A stretch of 64,000 nucleotides of DNA, taken from the NCBI GenBank assembly GCA_964016885.1, contig OZ024743.1, positions 160,146,001-160,210,000 on the forward strand, given 5' to 3'. Position numbers and translations under genes: made by a program. This document shows positions 43,974 to 57,999 of this stretch, piece by piece (the stretch's first letter is position 1; each line of letters begins with the position of its first letter). Below the pieces are notes generated by a model. It saw nothing but the letters and a program-made list of their open reading frames with translations, was not told the DNA's origin and made no database searches. Source of the DNA: Eledone cirrhosa. Taxonomy: Eukaryota.

Positions 43974-45319
43974 ATATATATATATATATATATAAGGTCA
44001 AAAGATGGTTAAATGAGTTCCATGTATTTTATTATGCGCATTTCAAAAACAAATATCATCATGAAATAACATTTGTGTTTTCATCAGATAAAATAGGAGG
44101 ACATGATATTAAGGTTAAAAAACACTTGTGGATAGTGCAGTTTTAAATCAACATATGAAAAGTAGTTTTAGATTGATGTGTGATATTGGGAAAGAAAATG
44201 TGTGAGGGGGGGGGATGAAAAAGAGGAGGAGATGAGAGTAAAAAGTGGAGGGGAGGAGTATAGTGAGGAAGGATGAGATAGGAGGAGAGATGGGTGATAG
44301 AGAGAGAGAGAGAGAGATAGCTTTTATAACTGAGAAAGATATATTGTTTTACATAGAGAGGTTGAAAAAACCGTTGGAAGATAATGTATAAATTAAAAGA
44401 ATTTGAAAATTTACGAAGAGTAAAATAATGTAAAGTTAAGGTTTGTATATTGAAGGGTTTAATAATATGTGCGATGAAAAGAAATTGTTAATATGTATTA
44501 AGAATAATATTTAAGAGTTTAATAATATGTGCGATGGAAAGAAAATGTTGATATGTATTATTAAAAAAACAGAAGTGATGTAAGTAAGGATATATTGTGA
44601 GATGGGCATGAATAAGTTAGATGAAAGGGAGGAAAAAATAATGAATAGAGGATGAATAATCTAACGTCAAAAAATGTTTATGTTTACGAAGGATATTTTC
44701 AAGGTGATATGAAGTAAGAATATAGTGTATGTGTAATAATTGTTTCTATGTTAGGCACAGTGAGAAAATGTACAGATTAGGGGTTAGAAATTAGGAGTGA
44801 TGTAGAATATAATGAATATAATAAATAACTTTGAAATAAGGTAGAAAGATGGGTATATTTTTAAAGAAGTATATATATATATATATGTGCCTTTGAGAAA
44901 AGGATTCTGAATTGATAAAGTTTATCATATTAGCTGTATACTTTATGGAAAGTTCTGTGGAATTTATGCAGGCAGATAGAAAACAAGTCAGTGCGTCTAT
45001 TTATTATAGAATCTAAATTAGAAATAATGGTAAATTTTTCATTTAGACAGAGATTGCAAGTCTTAGATAGAGAACTGTTCAAGTATGTAGAAACAGAGGA
45101 AACCTTTTTCCAAGAGATGTTATATTTAATATTTTTGTCTTTCAAGGACCATATGAGTTCTGAATGAGCCGTGTTGGTTCTTTTAAGTTTATATTTAAAA
45201 GACGAATGATGATTATAAAGACGAGCTTTAAAGGAGGTGGAAGTGGAGCCAAAATAGGTGAAGGAATTGTTGTCAGTTATAACTTTACATTCGTAAATTA
45301 AGTTTTTATCAAGACAATT

Positions 45320-47309
45320 AAGAATGCCATAGTTAGTAAAATTGGAAAAAGAATATCTAACCTATCTTCTAATAAAAACATCTTCGATGCTAACGCCAAT
45401 TACTATAATAACGCTCTTTCTAAAGCCGGCTATCCTGATAAAATCAAATATAATAAAGAAACAAATTCTAGAAGATCTTACAGTAGAATAATTAATCATG
45501 ATCATTCCAATAACTTTAATAAAAGACCTAGATACAAAAACATAATCTGGTATAATGCTCCTTTCTCCATCTCTATTAATAATAATATTCCTAAATTATT
45601 CTTTAGTCCCTTAAATAAATGCTTCCCTCCGTCACATATCTATAGTAAAATATTTAACAAACACTCGATAAAATTTTCCTATTCAACATCCTCCAACATT
45701 TCCAACATTATCTCTAAACACAACAATAAAATACTAAATACTAAATCTCTTCCTTCCAACACTGAATATGATAATAATAGTAATAGTACTCCCGACGTCA
45801 TTGTAAACCCTAGGCTAATTTCTGCAAACCCCAATACAACGTCAAACACAACATCGCTAAATGTTCTTAATCCCATTCTAAATCAAGAAACTATTATTCC
45901 TATCGCCAATAACTTCTCCAATCCAATTCCTTCTATAGATAACACTAGGTCACTCGTTAATAATCTCTCTAATCGCAATTGCAATTGCCCTGCTAAAAAT
46001 AAATGTCCTCTCAACAACCATTGTCTTGATAAAAACTTGATTTACGAATGTAAAGTTATAACTGACACCAATTCCTTCACCTATTTTGGCTCCACTTCCA
46101 CCTCCTTTAAAGCTCGTCTTTATAATCATCATTCGTCTTTTAAATATAAACTTAAAAGAACCAACACGGCTCTCTCAGAACTCATATGGTCCTTGAAAGA
46201 CAAAAATATTAAATACTAGCTGTAAAGCCCGGCGTTGCTCGGGGTCGCTCAGTAGCTGCGTTAAAGTTACAATGTTAAGTTTCTTTCTTGGCTTAAAAAC
46301 TGTAGTGTCTACTGTGCAGACTTGCATGTGGTGTTTTTGATTAATATTCCCTCAACCAACAATATGCCTTATGAAGTTAAGAAAACATAACGATAACCCG
46401 AATGTTATAACAAAAGAGGATGCTGGGGATAGAAACTGCACTGGTTATTTATTAACAAAGATCGAAAATGTAAACACTGCAACGCAGAGAAAAACATTAG
46501 CGTAACCAAATTATCAGTTATGTCTGTCTGCACGCCTATATCACCTCTCTGCACGACTGTCTGTCTGCACGCCTATATCACCTCTCTGCACGACTGTCTG
46601 TCTGCACGCCTATTTCACCTCTCTGCACGACTGTCTGTCTGCACGCCTATATCACCTCTCTGCACGACTGTCTGTCTGCACGCGTATATCACCTCTCTGC
46701 ACGACTGTCTGTCTGCACGCCTAACGACGAAATATTTGCTTGTTTTACGTAGTCTTTAAATAGACTTGTTTTCAAGTAAAAATATTGTTTTAAAATGCTT
46801 TTAAATGGAAATGAAGCTTCGTGTATTGTGTTAATGTCATTTTAAACGCTGAGAAAGCCAGCGTAATTGTTTACGTAAGACGCTCAATGTAAACAGAACA
46901 AAGGGAAATAACTGATAACTTACGCTCAAAAATCGATACATTATATTCGATTTCGTCACATAGAGTGGGTCAATTTGAAATTTTTTTTCCGATGTCTTCG
47001 CTAGGGCTCAATGTACAAGTATAGCAATTTCGGTGCAATTCCGTGATGGATTCTAAGAGGAGATGTGTGCCAAAAATCGATAGACAGACAGACAACCACA
47101 GTTTTATATATATAGATAACATCTCTTGGAAAAAGGTTTCCTCTGCTTCTACATACTTGAACAGTTCTCTATCTAAGACTTGCAATCTCTGTCTAAATGA
47201 AAAATTTACCATTATTGCTAATTTAGATTCTATAATAAATAGACGCACTGACTTGTTTTCTATCTGCCTGCATCAATTCCACAGAACTTTCCATAAAGTA
47301 TACAGCTAA
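45320..47309 (+). pseudogene. PLE RT-thumb/linker/GIY-YIG frame, interrupted only by the Helitron
   Basis: Stop-free 45320-46215 (RISNLSS, IIWYNAPFS, CNCPAKNKCPLNNHCL, LIYEC..YFGST); resumes at 47117 (ISWKK..CNLCLNEK..CLH). Confidence 0.88.
46216..47116 (-). mobile_element. Non-autonomous Helitron, sister copy of 24115-25036
   Basis: Near-identical reverse complement; the empty site is visible in the opposite PLE arm. Confidence 0.93.
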
Positions 47310-48401
47310 TATGATAAACTTTATGAATTCAGAATCCTTTTCTCAAAGGCACATATATATATATATATACTTCTTTAAAAATATACCCATCTTTCTACCT
47401 TATTTCAAAGTTATTTATTATATTTATTATATTCTACATCACTCCTAATTTCTAACCCCTAATCTGTACATTTTCTCACTGTGCCTAACATAGAAACAAT
47501 TATTACACATACACTATATTCTTACTTCATATCACCTTGAAAAAATCCTTCGTAAACATAAACATTTTTTGACGTTAGATTATTCATCCTCTATTCATTA
47601 TTTTTTTCTCCCTTTCATCTAACTTATTCATGCGCATCTCACAAAATATCCTTACTTACATCACTTCTGTTTTTTTAATAATACATATCAACATTTTCTT
47701 TCCATCGCACATATTATTAAACCCTTAAATATTATTCTTAATACATATTAACATTTTCTTTCCATCGCACATATTATTAAACTCTTAAATATTATTCTTA
47801 ATACATATTAACAATTTCTTTTCATCGCACATATTATTAAACCCTTCAATATACAAACTTTAACTTTACATTATTTTACTCTTCGTTAATTTTCAAATTC
47901 TTTTAATTTATACATTATCTTCCAACGGTTTTTTTCAACCTCTCTATGTAAAACAATATATTTTTCTCAGTTTTATAGCTATCTCTCTCTCTCTATCACC
48001 CATCTCTCATCCTATCTCATCCTACTCACTATACTCCTCCCCCTCCACTATTTACTCTCATCTCCTCCTCTTTTTCATCCTTTCCACCCACCCCCCTCAA
48101 AAAATTTTTTTGCCCAATATCATGCATCAATCTAAAACTACTTTTCATATGTTGATTTAAAACTGAACTATCCACAAGTGTTTTTTAACCTTAATATCAT
48201 GTCCAACTATTTTATCTGATGAAAACACAAATGTTATTGCATGATGATATTTGTTTTTGAAATGCGCATCATAAAATACATGGAACTCATTTAACCATCT
48301 TTTGATCTTATATACTATGTATACTCCAGTCCTACAAACTGTAGAGTGCTTCTTATCCGATATCTGCATTGCTTTATTGTACTACAATAAAACTCACCTC
48401 C

Positions 48402-48437
<36 letters not shown>

Positions 48438-48444
48438 TATATAC

Positions 48445-48544
<100 letters not shown>

Positions 48545-49077
48545 AAAATAACGTTTATATTCTCACAGACTATATACAGCTATATAACCTATATGTCGGG
48601 ATCGAAGCCTTTTTGGTAACTGTTGGATGTGACAATTATTCCTTCTTTCATTATATTGGATTAATAAATTTATTAAGAAATCAAAAACAGCTAGTCGAAT
48701 TAGATCGTGTAACGAAAAAAATATTTCTCTGTTCCTGGCTTGTAATCACTTTTTATGTGTTGCTTAGGTCCCAAATAAATTTAAAAGAAAGTGCTATTAA
48801 AAGGTTAAAAGTTTGTGTCTGTAAAAATTCTACGCTATTCACTAGAATTATTTGTATGCTGGATTTTACGTTGTATGTAAGTTTAATTTGCTTATGTTAA
48901 ATGATTGTTTTTATATATGTTTCAGGTTAAATTAAAATTATAAAATGAAGAGTAATACCTAAAGAAAATTATAAAAGTGCAATAAAGTATAAAATTGTTA
49001 AAAAGTGGATTAAAGAGATTTATTGATACTGGATTTTCGCACCCTGAATGAAGGGTAAGTTGTGTTTTAAGCATTCA

Positions 49078-50441
49078 CCTCCAGGATGAAGCAGTGGAAC
49101 TTGGTCAAGGAGGAAGTGCAGGTGACAAGTCAGAGAAGTCGACACGAACCTTTCTCAGGCTTTTACACTCTTGGGGATGGCCTCTGCTTCTGTCATGACG
49201 TGCCTGGACTGTTTGATGTTATTGGGGTGCTGTTTGTGCCCTAAGAGTGGCGGCTATTTATGGACAGCTCCACCACAAGTTTGAGGGCTGTCCTCCTTCA
49301 CAATGGAAACAAGTTCCCGACACTGCCCCTAGCTCATTCAGTCTGCCCGAAGGAAGATTACTACAGTGTGAAAGTCCTATTGGAAGCTCTGCCATACAAC
49401 CAGTACAATTGGGAAATCATTGGAGACTTCAAGATAGTGGCTTTCCTGCTTGGACTCCAAGGAGGCTTTATCAAATTCCAAGGCTTCCTCTGCCTTTGGG
49501 ACAGCAGAGCCACCTCTGACCACTACAAAAGTAAGAACTGGCAGTAGCGAACATAATTTGTAGTTGGGACCCGGAAGGTCATGTGGGAGCCACTGGTTGA
49601 TCCCAGGATAGTGCTCATGCCGCCACTGCACATTAAGTTGGGGTTGATGAAGCAGTTTGTGAAGGCTCTCAACCAAGAATCAGCCCCTTTTAAGTATCTT
49701 CTTGAGTTCTTCCACAAGTTATCTGAGTCCAAAATCAAAGGTGGAAGTTTTGTTGGACCTCAGATAAAGAAGGTGTTTGAGTCTACCAAGTTCTCCAATA
49801 AGCTCAGTAGGATTGAAAGAACAGCATGGAACTGTTTCAAGGCAGTTGTTAAGGGCTTCCTGGGAAACTACAGAGCTGAAAACTACCAGCAACTGGTGCA
49901 GGATATGATAAAGGCTTTTGGAGCCATGGGATGCAGGATGTCGCTTAAACTGGTCGCTCACCTGGAAAAATTCAAGGACAATATGGGCGCCTACTCAGAA
50001 GAACAAGGCGAACGATTCCACCAAGATGTGAAAGAGATAGAGCGGAGGTACCAGGGCTACTACAATGAAAAAATGATGGGGGACTATATCTCGGGGCTAG
50101 TGCGGGAATGCGACCTGGACTACAACCGCACATCCAGGAAATCCAGTCATTTCTGACGTGTATAAGTTGCTTTATAAGTGTTATTCGTTTTTACTTGTTT
50201 GCTTTTGATAAGCTTGTGTAATAAAATAAATATATACTCTGTTGATTTCATTATATGAACTGATAAATTTTAAAAAAATGTGTTTTTCCTTGAAAAATAT
50301 GAAAATTTCGAAATATCAAACTCCTGACCACAAACCCAAACTTCTGATTAAATAATAGTGTTTTTTTTTGCATAATAATGGAATATAACAAACCAGGAAA
50401 TAATACTTACAACCGGGGAACACAAAATATGTTACATGGTG
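49078..50441 (+). mobile_element. 5'-truncated Chapaev3 (CMC)-type transposon with disrupted transposase
   Basis: WRLFMDSS..LLHNGNK, GLQGG..FLCLWDSR, PPLHIKLGLMKQFVKAL, SEEQGERFHQD; two internal stops; terminus TGTTACATGGTG. Confidence 0.8.
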
Positions 50442-50623
50442 TTATGTGTAATTTGGGACCGTGAAGAGACGATACTTTTCAGAATACCTTACTTAAGTTA
50501 TAAATGTAAGCGTAGTAAACACTTGTTCACTTGAAATCGAATGGCATCTTCGAATTATTTGAAGTTAACTTTACTCAGCTTAGCTGAATATTTAAGTTTG
50601 CTTTAAAACAAGTTTACCGTCCA

Positions 50624-50800
50624 AATTAGCAGTATTGGTAGAGGGTCGGACATACTTTGCAGCATACTTACGTCCCTTTACGATCTGAGTTCAAATCCCA
50701 CCGAGGTTGACTTTGCCTTTCATCCATGCGGGGTAGATATAATAAAGTACCAGTAATGTACTCTCCAATTTCTGGCCTTTTGCCAAAAGTAGAAACAATT
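50624..50800 (+). mobile_element. tRNA-derived SINE (older copy)
   Basis: B box GAGTTCAAATCC and core GCCTTTCATCC..AAAGTACCAG. Confidence 0.88.
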
Positions 50801-50929
50801 ATTTACACCGATAAGAACGTTATTATATCCACGAATAAGACACCTCATGATAAACGGAGATCAAAACATAACGTAAAAGTAAATTTGATTTCAAATTTAG
50901 TCACAAAGCAAGGGATTTGAGGAAAGGAG

Positions 50930-53260
50930 CAATGGTGGCTTGTGACTAAGACTAATGGAGTTGTTGCTTCAGAAATATTCAGCCATTGTTTTGATATTGT
51001 GCAAAACGAAACAAATACTTTTTATTTAATAAATTGTTTCAGTTTAAAAATGAAATCCATTCTTCTTGTTTTACTTTGAGCGAAAAGGTTAATAATTTTC
51101 TCCTTGATCCCTGGATGACTGTTGAGGAAATGTTTCTCCATTGAAAGCAATGCAAGTGCTCCTTAGTGCTCCTTAGAAAAGTATTTATTATTTCCAGTGT
51201 TGAAAAGCAGTGTTCTGGCTCTGATGTAGTCATGGGAATTGTCAAGAGGATTTTTGTCAGTTTCGTAATTTCACTAAGTACACCATCTAGATTATTTTCC
51301 AAGATACATAAATGCAAAATTCTTGCATATCAGATCTACAATAGAATATCTTTAGTTCAGTTTCAAGCTTTTCTTTGTCAAACATGAGATATACTTGAGT
51401 GGTCAGTACTATCTCTCCTTTAGTCAGTTCATTCTTAAAACCAGTGAAGCTTTACTTGTTGAACAACTTAGCAGCTACTAAGTGTTTAGTGGAAGAATAT
51501 CTGTCCATTATATCAACCCTTTGCTTTTGCCATGAGTGTCTTTGAAGGATTCTCAAAGTACTTCGAGTTTCTTACTTCTAAAATAGCAGTTTTGAAATAT
51601 TCATTGACTTTAAACACAATATTTTCTCGAGATTGAATTTGGTTGTAAGTTACTTCAAGATGGGGCATAATCTGGTGAAAATATTTTAAACAAAATATGA
51701 AATTATCATCATTCAGGTATTTTAAAATACCTGTTGCTTCTGCAATGGTTTGATTTACATCTCATGTTGACTGAATTTCATTAAGGCAGCTTTTTAAAGG
51801 CTGCAATTTTTCATGAACTCTGTTCGCGTTCCGTACGTTAAGTTCCACCTTGGAGAGGATGGGTGTGGAATACTGACGTCCGTATGCTTCTTGAGAATGG
51901 ATACACGTTGTGGTGATTTTGAAAAGAATGTTGGAATAGACAAAACATTAGGGGAAAATAGTCTTGCGTTCCGTGTAATACAGCATTTCTCATTATTGAA
52001 TTATGTTGATGTGGATAACAGTGAGATGTAAACTGTTTTTAATTTTGCTTGAACGTTTTGCCATTCATGACATTTGCACCATCAAATGTCTGAGCTATCA
52101 GTTTTTGTCCATTTCCTTGAAGTATTATGTCTAATTGATCTCGAATACGTTTTGATATGCCATCTGTAGTTTGATTTTCTGGAATAAAGAATCCCATCAA
52201 AATGCTCAAATATGTCTTCATTCAATGCGTACCGTAGGACTATAACCATTCAGGTGCGTTCCGAAACATCTGTTGTGTCATCAGCAATGACTGTTACAAA
52301 CGAAGCTTCTCTAATTTCTGTCCTTATCTCTTTATATTTGCCGCAGACAGTCAGGTATCTCATTCTGAATTGTCTTAGAATTGTCTTTGAATACCTTATT
52401 GTTTTCTAAGTCATTCTTCAAATTTAGATGCAAAATTTATTACTCTTCTAAGTACCCCTGGATTTACTGAATCATTTTCTTCATCATGTCCACGTAAGGG
52501 AGCTTCAATGTTTCCACTAAATGAAATACAGTCTATTATTTGGGATCAAATTTCACGGTTCTTTTTAACCTTCATGTTATGCTCATTGATTGAAAGTATG
52601 TATGCCTCACTAAGTTTCTCCTTCATATTTACGATTTACGACAGTGAAACCACATTTTCAACATGCTGCTTTGACTTCTCCTCTTTTCTTTTTTCTTCTT
52701 TCATTTTTTTCTAGTTTTTCTAAAATCGCCTTTTCTACACTTTACATCACCTCCAAACAGTAAATACGAGAAGCAAAACAATGCATGTTTCACTTCACAA
52801 CCACAGAGTCCACATTTCCGTTGGGACCATTCAGATTTAAGCTAGGAATATACCTCTTGTTGTTGCTTATTCGTGGCTGAGATATTTGAATATCAGGTGC
52901 TGAACAACCTCTTTTCTTAACTGTAACTTTCTCATGAAGAGACATCTTTGAAACTGTAAGCTGTTGAAATTCACTTACTCTCACATAACTTATTTCTTGG
53001 GGATGTAAGAACGTTATGGTAAAATTATTTAAATTTTCTATACGATAAACAACCGAAAAAAAATACGAATTAATTAGAATAGCTGGAATATTATTGATAA
53101 TATCGAGTGAAAATAGGGGCTGCTGCTGTTCCGCAGAGCCTATACTCGGCTCGCCACAGGGAAGGAGAGCATTGGTAAAATTAACTTGGCTAGAACTTTC
53201 ATTTACCGACCCGGAAGACTGACAGGCAAATAAGGTGTGCATTCCAATTTGTCACCGCTG
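50930..53260 (-). mobile_element. Decayed hAT (Tip100/ZMYM1-like) transposon
   Basis: APLRGHDEENDSVNPG, IADDTTDVS, QTFDGANVMNG, LTIPMTTSEPEHCFSTL; tentative termini CAATGGTGGC and GTCACCGCTG, no clear TSD. Confidence 0.8.
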
Positions 53261-54353
53261 CGATGGATGAAAAAACCTAAGTTTTCTAAAAGGTAAGGTA
53301 TTTCTCGATTCACCTAACACTTATGGAACATACGGGACACACATATGAGTCATGACGCAGTGCTCATTAGTTGAAAAATGGTTATTCTACATCATTATTC
53401 ACAGTTCTTTCGAAAGTTGAAACAAATAAGTTTTATTTTAGTTATGATGGAAACACCTCTATATGCTCTGTATTCCTTTCCTTCTAAAACATACGGTAAG
53501 GTTGTTGGTGTGATTGCCTATGATAGGACTACGTCTGTGCACTTTGATCCACGTAGCTAGCTGGACATGTATCACTTCCTCATAGGTACTCTGGAGACAT
53601 TAGGCTCTCCTTCCTTTTTACTCATATGGTATTTACTTCTACTTCTTTATTCTAATCACTAATATCAATAAGTCTTTAAGGATTCATCCCCTACTCAATT
53701 TTGTTTCATGAAAAGCATCAACTTTCAACTATTGATGAACATTTATTGTGCTACCCCAGTGGTTTGGAAGAACGTTTTATTGGAGGTCTTCAAACACATC
53801 ACATAATCGCCTGTCAGATATCGAAATTGGGAAAATAAATTATATACTATGATTAATATATCCGTGAAATGACTCGCGATAAACGGGTTATCGGTTATAA
53901 CTATGTCTAAAGATGATCCAGTCATGACTATACAGTAATTTTGTATATCTATGATGGACTGAGATTTGGCTGTTATTTATTGCATGTCGAGTTATCATGT
54001 ATTTTACTTCTTGTTGGTGGAAGCTATATCTGCTACAGATCGAGCCATATATTGATTTTCGGTATTCAGTTGTTTCTATAACATTTCAATTATGCCATGT
54101 CACTCGCGCGTGCGCATCTGGTTGTTTGATCAAATAGACATCACTTCTATCACATTCTCCAGTTATAAAAAATCTAAAGAGACATTACGTACTTTCGTTC
54201 GAGATAGGCCTTAAAAGACAGCATTGTCAAGCTTGTAAGTAATGATTATTGTGTCTACAAGAGCATGGTTGACCTGAGCTAAACAAGACGAACATTGGAA
54301 ATTCCATTTCCTTGCAGACATTATTATTTCGATAATTAGTTATAAATAAAAAA

Positions 54354-54540
54354 GGCGGTGGATTGGCAGTATCAGTAGAGGGTCGGACGCCATGCTTTCC
54401 AGCATAGTTACGTCCCTTTACGATCTGAGTTCAAATCCCGCCGAGGTTGACTTTGCCTTTCATCCTTACGGGGTCGATAAAATAAAGTACCAGTAATGCA
54501 CTGGGTATTTGCTGGCCTTGTGCCTAAAGTAGAAACAATT
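54354..54540 (+). mobile_element. Full-length tRNA-derived SINE with Nin/Deu-like core (octopus-type)
   Basis: A box TGGCAGTATCAG, B box GAGTTCAAATCC, core GCCTTTCATCCTTACGGGGTCGATAAAATAAAGTACCAG. Confidence 0.9.
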
Positions 54541-55552
54541 ATTTTTATAATTAGTTGAATTAATTACCGTCTCATTTCATGTTGATTTCAAATAACTGGG
54601 AGGAGTTTAGGAAAATAACAAATTTAATACATCAAATTTTCATTTGTAAATAAAATAAACATTTCCGTTATATACTTCATTTATTTCTTCCGTCTTGAGA
54701 TTACGGAAAGTTAGATAATTGTTACTAATTTATTCCTTTTCCCTCAGCACCTATAACTACTTATTTCCGTAAGCAGTCTTAATGTCACACGAGCCATGGA
54801 AATTAACTAAATCTACATTAGTTAGAGAAATCAATTTCAGCTTTAACATCATATCAAAGTTAAATGCCGGAGGAAATCAGTAGCGAAGTCAAAACACTCG
54901 ACATGATATCTGCAATGTAATTTATTCCTACTCAACATTCCTTCTTCTATCTTATTTCAACTCCTGCCTCTTCTTCAATTGCTTCTTTTCATTTTCCTTA
55001 TCCTAAGTTATCAAAGCTAATGGAGTGTAAACATTTTAGCTAAGAGGAAATTAATCCACAGGTGTTGACATTATAATTCTGGTCCACTAAAGGATTGGCT
55101 TCTTTCTCTGCCTCTCGTGATACCATTTCCATAGACTTTGATTCTTTTGGTTAGCTGGTCTGGTATCACCTTCACTAAACCACTCAAGGCTCAGTAGTCC
55201 TTAATATATTATGTTTGATTCTACTTCTCTGCTCTGCCCTAGTCATTAATATTAGTATTTCATCTCTGCCATTCATTAACTATATCATGCATGCTGGTTT
55301 TTGGTTTACGTTCGAAGATTTAGGCATGTCCCTTACTGGGGATCTTCAACCATATTACAAAATCTCATATCAGATATGGGAATGGGAAAACTGTGTCGTA
55401 TATTTAACATAATACAATGTATTCACTAAATAAAAGGAGCATTGGGAACGACAATAAATTCTATAAATGAGAGGAAAATGAAGGAAAGAGGAAAGACTAT
55501 TAGGCAACGGAAGAAAGAAAAGAGGAAGTGAAGAAGGGGAATGATTCTACAA

Positions 55553-55965
55553 CTAGGTCAGAGCGGTGTTTCGGCTGCGCCACGTGGATAAAATAGCAAA
55601 GGCATTTCCGCGAAAAACGTCCAGCGACACTTGCCGCAACAGCCATCCCACCTCGCAGGGCTCCTTCCTCAGACAGGCTGCTGTCATTCCAATTTCCTGG
55701 AGGATCCCATCTCTACGGATTTCCACTGCGACAGCTGCAAAGTGGAAGCTCCGATATTTGCTTGTCTTCCTGTCCTTTGCATTGCGGGACGCGATACCAG
55801 GGTTTTTGTTAGAAGCGACTAATTTAGAGGTGGAGAACCTGTGACAGAATGTCACGTCCCAAATGACGGATTTATCTCCGAATGGGAAGAAGGAAGGTAA
55901 TTCCGTTCGAGTGATAACCGTCTCAATGATCGAGTCCCAGTTTTAACGTTAAGCGGGCTGCGTCT
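55553..55965 (-). mobile_element. 3' fragment of a CRE-like non-LTR element (restriction-like endonuclease)
   Basis: NGIT..PF..SVIWDVT..PGIASRNAKDRKTSKY..AVE..WLLRQVSLDVFRGNA. Confidence 0.75.
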
Positions 55966-56421
55966 AGGATTATATTATAAGTGATATATCAGTAGAATGC
56001 CTTTCGCTAAACAGATGAAGTGATAGCCTCTTAGAAGACATGTCGAAAATAATTTTTTTTAAATGTTGCACTGTATTTTTAAGATCTTTTCTTTAGAAAA
56101 TATAACCTCATATCAATTTAGAAATTAACTAGATGAATAAATAAGGTACCAACATGAAAGTATTTAATATAATTGAGAAATCATTATAATCACATTTCTA
56201 ATTCTCACTTCAATTTAGATCTTTGATGGTGTTTATGCTTTAATATAATTATCCATTTCCAAATAAAATGTTAATAATTAATAGCTGTTTGCTTTTGTAT
56301 GAAAGAACGGAACAATAGTTTTTAATTATAAGTGAATAATCGTTCTTCCGCTAATATATATATATGCATACACACACACACATATATATATATTCATATA
56401 TACATACGCACACACACACAC

Positions 56422-56641
<220 letters not shown>

Positions 56642-56689
56642 ATGTATATATATATATATATATAATTAACGTTTCAGGAAAAAGATACA

Positions 56690-57640
56690 AGGCGTGATTA
56701 GAAAAAATATTATTTAATTGTACATTTATACATGTTTCGTTAATGTTTCGAATTATGTCTCTGTCTGCGTTTTTGTTGGGAAATATCGATATTTTGTATC
56801 ATTTCCGTAATTTTAAAGTCAGAAAATGTGTCATTCCTAGATATTTTGATAGTGGCGATGGTAAAGAGGAGTGGCTATTATGCTGACCAAGAGGTATCCA
56901 ACAGTTTCTGGCTGTACATCAGTGGTATCTGTCATTGGTTTAGAAGTGATCATCATTAGATTAGATGGGATAGAATGTTTTCAAAGCAAGACGGATGAAA
57001 AGTGATAAATCTATTTAGTGTAAATTGTATCCACATGGCCATTACAGATCAGGTTGAAGATATGGCATTGGCAAGTGTAAAGTAGAGATATAATAAATTC
57101 TATTAGTGCTATTGTTGTTAGTTTGGCAGTTGTAGATAAGGGTGAAGTTAAGAACAAATATTTGGCGCCTAATAAAGATTGGCTAATTAAATCAGGGTAT
57201 TACATTGAATACTGTATGCTGATTTTATGTCTTAGACCAGTTATATAACATATCATTTTAGGTTCGTTCCTAGGTTCGTTCCTGTAGAGTATGACAATTA
57301 ATAGTGTTCTTATTTAAAATCGTGTGGTATCTATGTGATGACGGAAAGTTTTTATCTAGTAACTTGAAGAAAATATGAGGTAGTTTAGCTTTAATTAATA
57401 TTTAATATTCTGCTTTTATTTTTTTAATTCAGTGTTTTCTTTATATATTCCATTTATTTCCTCTTCATGTTTTATATTCATTTTTATTTCTATTTCTATT
57501 TTCCCGCCCTTTCATGTTTTTCTCGCTAACTACCCTCTCACTCCTTCTTGATGAAGGCCTTATGTCCGAAACATCATAATTACACGCCCCCATTCTCACT
57601 AAGCGTGAAGCTAATGACACCATGTAACATTTACTCCTGT
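56690..57640. mobile_element. PLE linker fragment (-) joined to an inverted terminus with degenerate HHR (+)
   Basis: Minus strand KLPHIFFKLLDKNFPSSHRYHTILNK; TTGATGAagg..ccGAAAc at 57548. Confidence 0.65.
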
Positions 57641-57654
57641 GTTTGTTTGTTTAT

Positions 57655-57766
57655 TGTGGTTGAGTGGTTAGAGAATTGGATTCGCAATCGTAAGGTTGTG
57701 AGTTCGATTCCAGAACCAGGCGATGCGTTATGTCCTTGAGCAATACACTTTATCTTACGTTGCTCC
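57655..57766 (+). mobile_element. 5' part of a second tRNA-derived SINE
   Basis: GTGGTTGAGTGGTTAG..GAGTTCGATTCC, then GTCCTTGAGCAATACACTT core. Confidence 0.75.
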
Positions 57767-57888
57767 TTTCTACCTTCAGTTGCGACACATAGACAGATTT
57801 AGAAATTGGAAAGACTAATGGAAACATTGTTTCCTCGGTCCGATTTAACGAAAGTCGATCGTTCCTAATATATATATACATATATACA

Positions 57889-57927
<39 letters not shown>

Positions 57928-57928
57928 A

Positions 57929-57995
<67 letters not shown>

Positions 57996-57999
57996 AATA

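Larger units (their letters stand above)
43993..48402. mobile_element. Young PLE insertion: inverted 3' copy (43993-45318, -) head-to-head with a 5'-truncated copy (45319-48402, +)
   Basis: About 1.3-kb near-identical arms; HHRs at 44025-44095 (-) and 48208-48278 (+); flanked by (TA)n. Confidence 0.93.

Noticed and set aside
44081-44087. TGATGA/CTGA words as C/D-box snoRNAs
   Set aside because: Better explained as HHR cores with stems I-III; no terminal stem or guide region seen.
52790-53242. 150-aa ORF
   Set aside because: Runs across the subterminal region into the decayed hAT N-terminus; not an independent gene.
57655-57720. tRNA-like sequences (also 54354 and 29210-29290)
   Set aside because: No complete cloverleaf; they continue into SINE-type bodies.
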